Positions 12,779 to 24,100 of a stretch of DNA of 64,000 nucleotides are shown here, piece by piece; within the stretch, counting starts at the first letter, position 1; every line of letters begins with the position of its first letter. The stretch comes from Klebsormidium nitens (Eukaryota > Plantae > Klebsormidiophyceae): NCBI GenBank assembly GCA_000708835.1, contig DF237277.1:1-64000 (forward strand). Direction: 5' to 3'. The translations under genes and the position numbers were made by a program. The notes beneath the pieces are model-generated. The model worked only from the letters and a program-made list of their open reading frames with translations, searched no databases and was not told where the DNA came from.

Positions 12779-14904
12779 ATTTGAGGAGGCTCCTGTGCGC
12801 CTGATTGAGTGCAGCTTTGAAAGTGCCCACAAGCTGGCTTGAAAGCTTAAGGAATCCCATCAGGGGAGGGCGACCCATTTGTTGGTGTCTGATTCCGAGT
12901 TCAAAGTGTGGACTTTACGTGAGGACAGATAACGAGCAATCTGCGACTTTTTCACATAAGCTTGACTAGACTAGGGGACAAGATGAACTCGCCTGTAGGG
13001 GTCGTTTGATTTACAGTACGCACTCATTGCATGGTTCTGAACGTAATCATGCTGGGCCTCACGTCTTGCTTTATTCTCAGCTTTAGTCGGGCCGGTCATA
13101 AATGGGACTTGCTTGGAAGCATTGTGATGCTCCTGATGAAATGTTCGATCCCAAAAATAAGAATACTCTGAATATTTCAACGAAGATCTGTCTGGCTACG
13201 CACATATTGAAACCTTTTAATCTTCGATCTAGTTTACTTTTGAGGTCTAGGCGCCGACGCTTGAGCTATACTGTTCAGGTCGACGAAAGTACGTTCAGGG
13301 CCAGTCGAAAGTGACAGTCCGCGCCTCGAGCGCTCGCTTCGGCTCCTCCACTCTGTTGCTCAGCGGTTGCTTGGCGCCCACACAGTCAAGTCAAATATTG
13401 AGCCACTGGGGCTCATCAAAATCATTCCGGATGGAAGCTTATTTCCATGCTTGATTGCATACACGATCCGAGCCGATTCCAGTCCAGCGTTTTCGAGCGC
13501 GCCTGATTGGCCCGGGGCTCGCTGCAAGACAGCCTAACTGCTGCGTCTATGGAAAACGGAAATGGAAATGGAAACGGAAACGGAATCGAAGCGGAAGAGC
13601 CGGCCCCGACCGGTTGGCCTCCCGCTGTTGGGCAACTCCTATCGGATAAATTGTTGCCCGAGCGCGCCAGCTGTACCCACAGGCCGCCCGGCTCTCTCCA
13701 CTTCAGTCTCCAAAAGACTGGCAGAGCGATCTCCTCTTCACCAACTCCCGCTAGACCTCCGGCCGCAGGAGCGAGACCTTCTCCGTCCTTTTCCCTGTCA
13801 CAAATGCAAACGAACACGTGGACACGCCGCCGTGCAGACGAACAGAGACCTCAATGCCGCGAGCAGCTCAGACGGCGCCACGCACTATGCCAAGGGGGCC
13901 TCATTGCCCGCGTGCCCCGGAAGGAACGCACGGCCTTTGATCAGGTACCGTAGTGGGCTTAGCAGGAGCCCCCTCCTCTCTCGTCCACTTCCCGCGCCGC
14001 GCCGACGCCCACGCCACCCTTTCACTTCTGAATCTCCGCAAGCGCGGCAACACCTAGTCCAAGTTTGGAGTTCTCGAGCCCCTCGACCCGTCTACCGTGG
14101 TCCGGTGAGCCCCTCAACGGCCTCGTGCCTCGCAAGAAGGGCCTCGGTTGTTCGAGTGCTGACGCGGTCCCCCATCCCAGCAGAGTTTTAGACGCAGCTC
14201 ACCGTCTTTAAGGGCGCCGAGTGGGCAGCGAAGCCGATCAAGAAAGCAGGCTTTCAGATGGAATTTCCTGCGGGGAGACCTTATTGTTCCAATCTGCCCA
14301 CGTTGGCACAAGTTCGACGCGCCGCACAAATCCAGGGGTCACGGGACCGAATGAAAGTTTTGCGTTGTTGTTGTAATTCGGTCTTCTCTAGCCTAGACAA
14401 GGTCACGTGCATTCTTTCGATGACTGCAGATGATGACATTGAGTTGGCGCCAACAATAGTCGGAAGCGCAACGGTTGTGCGGCGTTCGACTCTGTCCTAC
14501 ATAGTAACTTCGACCCACCAAAAAGAATCAACGAGACTTTGCGCCATTGGCACTCGCATTAGAAAGCTAAAGTGCCGGAGCAGTTAACTTTCTCACTTTC
14601 CTGATCAATGAGTCTGTTTAAGAACACCACAAGCAAAAATCAGGCTCACTGTATCAGCAGCTCCTTCGTCGCTCCCACTATTAGCAGCTTTTTCCCAGAT
14701 CAAAGTTTCCCATTCGCTCATTGCTTCTCCATCAAACCCAGGAACCAGTCGCTTCAGCGAAGCAGACTACTAGCAACCCCTTCACTCTACCCGAGACCGA
14801 ACGTGGAGAAGTAAAACAACCTTCCTATTCCTGATCCTTTGCATTCACGGCGTCCCCTTCCAATCCTGAGACACATTCCAACAGCTCTGAAAAGCCGGCC
14901 AAGT

Positions 14905-17044
14905 ATGGCGGCATATGTGTTGGAGTTCACAGCGGTCAGCTTGTTTCTGGCGCTCCTTTGGGCTACACCAGAAGCTTATGCTCAGGGTATCATCCCTGGT
15001 GGGTACCTCAAACCAAATCTGTGCCCTGATGACACGTGAGGGCTCTTCATAAGTCGGTTTTCTCCACCGCCATGACGTCACTGACACCTTTTCCTACTAA
15101 GTGGCTGACCGTCTTGGAAGTGCTTTCTCCACCAACAACGCTTCAATTGTGTTATTCGTTTGCTTCATTAAGCATCACCTGAAGACCTCGACAGTGGTTC
15201 CTCCGAGACAGAGAGCAGTGGTCTGCGCATCAGACCTTCAGAATGCACAAAATAATCAGGAACCGTTCATTTGATTGTGTGATAAATCTGTTGGGTCAAG
15301 CATCGCCTGCTGACGACCTCGAAAAGGACTTCCTGCGGAAGAGAGCAGACGTCACTTGCGCAGACCAGACCTTTAAAGTACACATATCATGCAAGGAACT
15401 CGTCTCATGCTTTCATCGTCTTCGTGCGCAGCTATCCCCTGGGCCTGTCCCGTCCAGTCCGTGGATCTCCGTCCCCTACTGTTCGTCGACTGCGAATACA
15501 ACATCAACATTCCTGGCAAGTTTGGAAGCTGCACATACAGCCTGGAACGGTTTGGGAGCCTCGGCGCTACGTCCTTCACATTCGGGGTCCAGCTCAGATG
15601 CCCCGGTGAGGGCGGCGATCAATTGAGGGTCAATGGGAACCTGTGACTCGTGAAGAGACTCGCACCTGGGATTGCAAAACTCATCCTCACCATTTTGTAG
15701 TAGTCCGTTTGTCCAGCTCTCTCCTCGCAGATTATCCGGCCTATGTTGATCGTTGTCAAATTACGCTGGACTCCATTTGTTCCGAACGACGGGATATAGT
15801 TTGAACCGGGCAAGTCTGATTAAATTGAGACGGTAGGAGATGGCGTCAGAGATGGCTACATGTCTTTGCTCTGTCTCTGTTGGAGAGCCGTCTGTTCGCC
15901 AAGATGACACGAAGAAACCTCTTTGCATTGGAGCGCGTCTCGATCAGAAACCCGCAACTCAGTGATGCTGCTTAGCGATTGGAAATGCTCGAGCTTTCCA
16001 TCTTAGATCAGATTCAATGATAGCGCACTTCAGTTTTCTCCAGGCTTCTAACCGATTGCTATGGAAGTGTTGTTCGATACTGGTCACTCGAAGAGTCTCG
16101 CCGTGCCTGTTTTTCCAATTATCAATTTCACCGCCGTTCATTTTTTTGCTGGCTGCAGGTCGTCTCACCGGCCTTAATGCGTACGCGTGCCCCGTCGCTA
16201 CATATGCATCTTTCCCGCTCAACAAGTTTGAGTGCCGGTACGGCGAGGTTAACCGGCTTATCTGTTCGTACAACCAAACCAATGGCGCCCAAGTGCCCTC
16301 ATCTTTTACTGGCCTCGTGGATATCAATTGTCCGAGTAAGGGACCGGATCGCTCCGCGTTTTCGTAAAGTCTGGACAATCTTGACGAAGAGGACCCGTTT
16401 CCTAAATCAACCGTTTGTGACGCAGAGTGCTTTCATTGAGCTCTCTGCGGTCTGCCTATGATGGGCCCTTGTTAAACAGCAAATAAAAGGAGACGTTTCC
16501 GCTTGCTGCATGTCTGACAGACGTTTTGATCTTCACGAGACTGTGACCCGCTGTTACGCGACTTGCTTTAGGAGACAGTCGTCCTCAAGTTCCGCCGTTA
16601 GAGAAATGTTTGTGGTGCAATGGGCCATTGAATATCTTCTTTGGAATCTTCCCTCGTCGAAACTCTCAGCTTACGTTCAAACTTTCAATGAACTGCTTCT
16701 CCGCAGGGATCCCGGCTCTGGCCTGCAACAACCTGGGTCTCGGCAACAACACCGAGTGTGCCAACATCATGACGCCATTCGGCCCCGGCAGCACTAACTG
16801 CGCGTGTGGCGATTACATCGGAGGAAGCGTTCCCAGCGCAACCGTCTGCCAGGCGAACGTCCAGTGTGCGAATTGCACCAACGGCTGCACCTTCGACGCG
16901 GACTGCCCCGATGGCTACAATTGCGCGGGCGGCTGCGGCGGGGTCCGTATTCGGCCGGCAAACTTCAGCGGGGTGTGCCTGCCCAACTGCGGGACTGCGC
17001 CGGCAGCGAGCGGCTGCTTGCGCCTCAATGAGTCTGCCGTTTGA
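14905..17044 (+). CDS. Secreted Cys-rich modular protein B, tandem paralog of A without the Pro/Thr stalk; exons 14905-14998, 15432-15605, 16159-16335, 16707-17044
   Basis: Signal peptide MAAYVLEFTAVSLFLALLWATPEAYA. Modules AIPWACP...DCEY...SCTY...RCP and AYACP...FECRYG...ICSYN...NCP. The C-terminal domain has 14 Cys that align one-to-one with gene A. The frame is intact across phase-1 introns. Confidence 0.85.
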
Positions 17045-18196
17045 GGCTAACAACAACACTCAACTAGACATCTAAATCCAAAGTTTGACACCCTCCGCGC
17101 ACCCGCGTACCCACCCTAACCTCCTCCTAGCTAGGAGCTCCACATGCCCAAGTTCATGGCGCTTACCCTTGATAAGATTGAGGGTCACGTAAAAAAGTCG
17201 CCCACTGCACTATACGTTTGATTGTTGTGGGCATTGAATAAACGGTTGCCAGAACTTAGGGAGCTGCGAAGACAGCCAGCGGACATGCCAGGCCCTTACA
17301 ATGAAAAGGAAATAACCGGAACGATCTGGTTACTGATGTGAGAAAGGAAGGACAGAGTCAGGACTCATCACTTTTTTGAATACAAATAATCACTTGGTTA
17401 TACTGCTTCGTAAAGGTTTGCTTTCTCTCACATTGTGCTCAGCGCCGTGTGACTGAATGTAGCTTTCATTGACGTCTTGCAACTCGAAGTCGAAGCTGGC
17501 CTTCCGAGTCCAAATGTATCGACGGTAATTCAGATCTGGGCAGCTACGTGACCAATGGTTTGGTACTACTTTACAGAAGGTCGGGCCGAAAGACAGCAAT
17601 ATGTTTGATTCGGCCTCGGGGGATTGATGCGCGTACATATGTACTACCAACAAATCAAACCTCTTAACATGATACACGCATGCGGCGCGGGCCCGGTCAA
17701 AAGTACAGCAATCTGACCCCGCGAACTCACCAAAACATTCGAGCATTTAACTGGTTTTGATGTATGAATTCGAGTCATGCGCCATGGAATAAGTGGCCGG
17801 CTCCGAGGCTCGCGTTTGAATGTCATTCAGGAAAAAGACTCCATGGCTCAGTGGATCCAACCAGTCACAAGTGCACACGAGGAGTTTCTTCCGCCTCTTT
17901 CTATCCTCAGATCGAGCGAAGTCTTCGATTCCATAGAGGTGTATGACGCACATTTGCCTGGAGAGGCCGACTATCATGCTGCTCCTGCCAGAAAAACTGT
18001 GGATATAAACGCACGACAAGTAACAATTTATCCTAGAAATCATTGATACCGATAAACAAAGTCGACTGCCTGTCCTGAACTCATCATCCATGCCTGCTGT
18101 TGGCGGACGTCCGACAATACGGACCCAATAACACATCACAACATCACAACAACTCAACGACACAACACAAAACACCTGCTCCTGGATAACCGTTCG

Positions 18197-21100
18197 CTAC
18201 AACTCAATCCTAAAGTCCCTCCGCGCTTCCGCCTCCTCCGCCTCGAAAGTACAGGTCACCGGTCGCGGGCCAGGGTCGCACGTGCAGAGCGGAGAGAAGC
18301 CGTCCGCGGTGCAACAGTCCTGGAAATCGGACACGGCACGTGCCCCCTTCTTGGCGTGCCACTCCCATATGGGGCTGCTGGACTGGAACTTGCGAGGCTC
18401 CGGGTCGAGCTCCTGCAGTACAAGAAAAGTGGAAAGGTGGACAAAGTCCCTTGAAAAGGGCGTCACAATTCAAGGTACACTTCTGTACACGGCCCAGATT
18501 TCATCTGAAAATGGCCTTCGGCGACCAAGCTACCCCCGCGAGGTGTCTCTGGTCGCTATAGAAGGGACCGGTGCCCCGACGCCCTCTATAACGTGGTCAT
18601 TTAAGAATGACTGCAGCAGCTCAGGAGCCTGAGCGGGGCACGTGACGCTTCCTCGGCGTGCCAAGCGCACGTTCTAGTTCTTGTCCATTGAAGGATCAAG
18701 TGCTTGCGAGTAGATGGAGACCAAATTGCGTAGAAGGCTATTTGTACTTAAGTGATGAATCATATCCGTCGGCTACTTACGTTCTTACATGTTTCTGATA
18801 CCGTCGACAAGAGCAGACCAATATCTGATGCAACTTCGCATACGACATTTTGAGGACTGTGGGAAAAGCTGCACAAAAGTAGAGGGACTTCTATTACCGC
18901 TGAGAAGCTGCAAAGGACGCAAACTTGCAGGTCACACACGACACCGCAACACCTATCCCCATGATTGCGCTTCTTCGCACCGTGTCTTCAGATTCATAGA
19001 GCTAGTAGAGATTCGGGAAAATAGCAAAGCTTCAGGTTTATGCCACTGAAAAGCGTTGAAGGAAAGAGAGGCATAGAACTTACTTGAACGGCACACCCAA
19101 AGTCGCACCAGGCTTTCCCCCACTGTTCCGCTCCCCGGAAGCACCGGCCGAACTCGTCCATTCCGGCCTTGCCCCAGTGCAAGCGTCCGTTGTGTTTCAG
19201 CATGATACTCACAATGTTCTGCGATTGGGAAACAAAACACTCTAGTCAGTATAACATTGCGTGCCATGTACAGCGTGAGGAGAATGTTCTTCCAAAACTC
19301 TCACTTTGTATCACTGGTTTCTTTTTTCGTCATAAGAAAGTCTTTCGGATGGACTGACACAAGAGGCGGTGACTTGACATCGGACTGGGTGAACAACAAG
19401 AACCAGAGTTTGCAACAGAAAGGCCGGATGCCATGAATTGGTGTTGGCTAGCAATCAGTCCCAGAACGTTGCCAGTAGTTCATCGATGGCTCTTGCAGCG
19501 GCTTACATTCAGGCGGACCCCCTTAGCCGTCTTAACGCCCCTAGGGACCTCTATGTAAAGTTCCACCGAATGAAACGAAGATTCTGGAAGAGAGGTGTCG
19601 TCTGGAAAAAAGCTCTAGGAAATGAGGGTGTCGAAGACAATTGGTTTAGTTTCAGCCAGCTTTTCAGTTGCAGGCATGCTTGTAACCCATACAAAGGATA
19701 TATAGCAGAGTCGCATATAAGTCAACGTCATGCTTCGAGCCGTTTCCCTTCGTGCAGAGAAGAGAGACTCTGCTTGATTGCTCTGACTCTGTTGGCTAAT
19801 TAAGACTGACAACGAAGCCGGAAAACCTCGTTTCTTTCCTCAACCTGCTAGTTAGCACTCCGGTGTTACGTGGAAGAAATCTCCTCACGCTTACTGAACA
19901 GCTCCGTGTCGCCCTTTATTACCAGATTGAAATAACTTTGACAGACTGGTCCAACTAGAACCTCTCAAACTAGAGCGATCTCTTACCTTTAGATTTTTAC
20001 TTCATTTGCCACATGGTGATCCGATGTTGGGCGAAGGGAAACTCTTTCAAAGCAAGGTTTCCGTGTCGCCACTTGTATGAGACCTTCATCATCAACCATA
20101 GTTGCATGAAATGATACGTGCACAATTGACTGGCCCGATGCGGATCCTAGAGGATCGGAACAATTTCTTACCTTCACCTGCCAGTTTGGACTGTCAGTAT
20201 TGAGCGAGGAGAAGTCGTCGATCTCCATGCAGATCCTCGGCCCTCCGTTTCCGGACGCTAAGTATGCGTCCTCTTCGTCCGCCAGCCGGAATCCGGTCGG
20301 CGTCCGGAAGCCGTACTTTGCTTCGGGCTTATATTCTTCAAAGAACTCCAGCATCTGACAGCAATAAACAAAGTCTGACGATCTCTCCAATTGTTCTCGA
20401 TGATTGGGCATCCGGTCGACGAACACCGCTATTTGACAGGAACAAATATAGTCTTGAGGACCTAGCCCAATCCTTTTCCTTTGGGCGTCCGATCGAAGAA
20501 CACCAGCATCTGTCAGAAACAAACAGATTCGGACAAAGTCGTTGTCGTTCTCGATTGGGTTCACAATCGAAGAACACCAGCATCTGACCGGAGCAGACAA
20601 AGTCTTTGAGGAATTATCCAATCGTCTCTGATAGGGCGTCGGATCGAAGAATACTAGCATCTGACAGGGAACAATCAAAGTCTGAACAACTCTCCAATCC
20701 AATCGGTCGCCAAAAGGGGACACGTACACTCGACTAGTGCCCATGAACTCAGCGATTGCCGGTTCACAAAAGCTTTGAATTGGAAGATTGAGAACCAGAA
20801 GGGTTTAGTTCAGCTGTTTGCGTCAAAGTTGCAATCGTGTTTCCAGATGCTTGGAGCTTGCTTCAAGATCCTGGACCGTACGTTCGACATCGAAAAGCCA
20901 TCCATCCAACGGCTCAGAATCGGGGACCAAAACTGCAAGAACGACAGGGGTGGCAATTTGACGCAACGAGACGTCCGACAACTACAAAACACTCACTTCG
21001 TCCATCGCCTCTCCAATCTCTTCCAGGGGGACGCAGACCTCGTACTCTTTCGTACGTCCGACGAGCGCCCATATGGCCAGCCACTCCGGACGCAGTGTGG

Positions 21101-24100
21101 GGTAGCCAATCAAGGCGGGCGCCGTGATCGAGTCCAGCCCGCCGCTGACAACGCTCCGGAAAATCTCGCTGAACAGTCTATAGAGCACAGGAAGGAACAA
21201 GTGTTATCCAAGCTTGGTTCGTGGTTGGTTATAGTGCCCTTCTACGAAGGAAACGAGGTTCACTGCTGGTTCGATGCCTTTCGATCAGTCGTTTTCTGTG
21301 AGGGAGTCCAAATCATAGATTGTTAGAACTGGTAATCAAGCCGACATTGCAGGGCTTTTATTGCTCGTGGTCCGAGTGCGGAGCAGTAAAGCGGTGGAGG
21401 AGGCTGGAGTAAGTTTCAGACCATCAATCATCACCATTTATTCATATTCCATGTACTCAACCAATTGAAAGATCTCACAGACCCCACGCTCAAGCAAGCT
21501 CGGCCGAAGAGCTCGCTCACGTTGATGTGGAATCAATCATAAACATCGCACTTCGTTGTCGGACACTTGGAGAGTTTAGGTAGTCCTCTAAGTTGGTCTG
21601 GAACCTTCAACGCAGGCGGATGGGTCATTCAAGCGGATGCCGTTTCGTTCCCTCTTTTTTGAATTCCGTCGGTGGAGTCCCATTATTCGCGGTCCGGAAA
21701 GGCACGAGAAAGTGAAGCAACAGACCCATGACTGTCTCAAGGCCGTTACGCGCAGGGACTAAATTTTGCAGCGCCAGTCTGCATGGCGCTGCAAGAATCT
21801 TGGGTTTCGACGATATGCTTCAATCTCGGTCATTCTACAACAGCTCGATAAGTTCGTCGAAACGATCCTGTGAGCCCTGCGTGTGAGGGCCCGAGAGTGG
21901 AAAGCTCACTGGGGTCATGCGTGCAGTCCTAGTCTAGTTGGTTATGACGTTCATTTTACACCCCTCCCAGATGGGCCCGAAACCAGTTCAAAATTCACGA
22001 GTTCAGTCCTCGCAGATGTATACATACTTCACCGTTAATTCTTGCGGGAAAGAAAAGAAAAAGAATAAAAGACTGTATACATACTTCACCGTTTTTCCTT
22101 GCGGGAAAGAAAAGATAAAGAACCAAAACATAAAAAAGAACAGAAAGAAGAAAGAAAAGTAAAGAAGAAAGAAGAAAGAAAGAGGACAAAGAAGAAAGAA
22201 GAAAGATAGAGGACAAAGAAGAAAGAGAAAGAAGAGGACAACAGAAAAAAGAGAGAAGAAAAGAGAAGCTCACTTTGCACCGTATCCCAGCAGACAGTTC
22301 TGCGGCACAGCCGCCGTCTCCACCTGCTTGCGATCTTCGGGCTCCTTTGCGGTTGCCGCCCCGTTGAAATCGTGCAGCTCGTTGAGCAGCTTCTGTAGCA
22401 GCACCTCTTCCGTTGCGGAGAGTGGCACAGTCGATGAAGTTGGGTCTTCCTCCAATTCTAGGTACCACGTGTTAGGTTCCTTGTCGTCCAAAGCCATGAA
22501 CCACAGCACCTGATAATCCACAGGAAAAAGTCAGTGTTAACCAAGCTTGGTTCGTGGTTGGTTGAGTGCACATCTACCAGGGAAACGTGAATTGTGTTTG
22601 GCTCCGTGCCCTTCAACCAATCGTGGTCAAGGCCAAGATTTTGCGAGGAGACCAGACTCGTGTAAGTCATAGGCCTTGCAGATTTGTTTCACCGGTTTTG
22701 CAGCAGCACTTTTCCTCCTGCTCGGAAAGAATATCTCACAAGATATCGAAGTTCTAAATGCTGGGTGCTGCTGCCTCAACAAGGACCGCCAAAGAGATGC
22801 TCGGAGGAGGAGTTGATAAAACACGTGGTGCAACGTTTGCAGCACATCTCTTTGGGTGAGAGAGGTATCAGATTGTCAGCTTTTCCTTTTTTCTTTCTTC
22901 TATTTCTTTCCCCGCAGCGAGGATTGCTCAACTTCTGCAAAAGGCGTTCTCTGCAGAGAGAAGCTGGTTCCGCAAGCAGTGTCTTCCTCCAACTTGAGAA
23001 TCAAGTACTGGTGAGATCCCAACCTTTTTCCATCTCGAGACAAGACTCTCTACAATCACCCGCTTGAGGAAGCGTCTTCTAGAATCCCTGAATCAGGATA
23101 CACCCTTAATGTACCCGGCGATCTCTTAAGTAAGATTGCCACAGGATGCCAACGTGCCTGCGATCTTAAGTAAGATTGCCACAGGATGCCAACGTGCCTG
23201 CGATCTTAAGTAAGATTGCCACAGGATGCCAACGTGCCTGCGATCATGAAAAGAGGCAATTGAAAGCTTTTCTGACTTACGATGAAATCCTTGTACCCAT
23301 TTTCCGCCATCACTTCTTGCAGCGACTTCCCTTGGGCCTTCCCGTTCTTCCACGCGTTCGCAAGATCCGTCAGTTTCGCAATGCTCTCGTAGGCGGTCAG
23401 CGAGGTCCTGGTCCGCTTGATGACGGGTTGCGGGACGATCTCGAACGTGAGGCGAGTGACGATGCCCAATTGACCGACATTGACCTGCAGAGATCAACTT
23501 CAGCCATATACTTGGAAGTCAAACCCGAAGATTAAGAGCCCTCTGCCCAGCAGGCAGGAGGAGGTACAGATCAATTTGCACAAGTCTCATTTCAAACTGA
23601 GAAAGGGTTCCGTACCAAAACCCAGCGGCACGAACGAGGACTTCACAGGAAGCAACTAGTAATACCGTTTCCTCAACATCCAGTTTGAGAAGATACGTGC
23701 ATCAGAGTACTGCGAGAGCGACACGCTTAAACTTTTCAAAGGGCGCTTTGCAGTGGAACAGACCTATCGAGCAGCTGAGGAGAAGCGCGACTGAACGGAG
23801 ACGCAAGGAGCTGACTGGCCGCTATGCAGAAACGAGTATTGACAGCGCAGCCAACCCGAGTAATCAGAGTTTGGCAAGGAAGAATAAGCTGCTCCAATTT
23901 TGAAGTATGACCTGCTCACCTGAAGCGCTTTGAAAAGGTGCGGGTTGTCCTCCTTGGTAAAGTGCTTCTCTGTCCCGTTGGCTAGGATGACGTCAATTGC
24001 AACGACCTGCCGCCCAGAATGACGACAGACTTAAAATCTCGAACTCGAGCATTGGCCAAGGTAAGGCTTTTATGCATGTCATCTTGAGAGTTGAGCGCGT

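Noticed and set aside
17390-18046. Exon-like segments (plus 17828-18020 EKDSMAQW...NARQ; minus ORF 17390-17746)
   Set aside because: Isolated, with no partner exons or recognisable family.
19989-20744. 251-aa ORF as a stand-alone repeat protein gene
   Set aside because: Its only recognisable part is oxidase exon 9; the rest is read-through of the duplicated acceptor array and the downstream intron.
23115-23160. ARWHPVAILLKRSP as a constitutive oxidase exon
   Set aside because: The pre-duplication intron would be only 43 nt, and exon 6 joins exon 7 in phase without it. Kept only as a possible minor exon.
23124-23245. CRISPR-like reading of the 40-nt and ~76-nt repeat arrays
   Set aside because: The units are head-to-tail with no unique spacers, there are no cas genes, and the context is eukaryotic introns.
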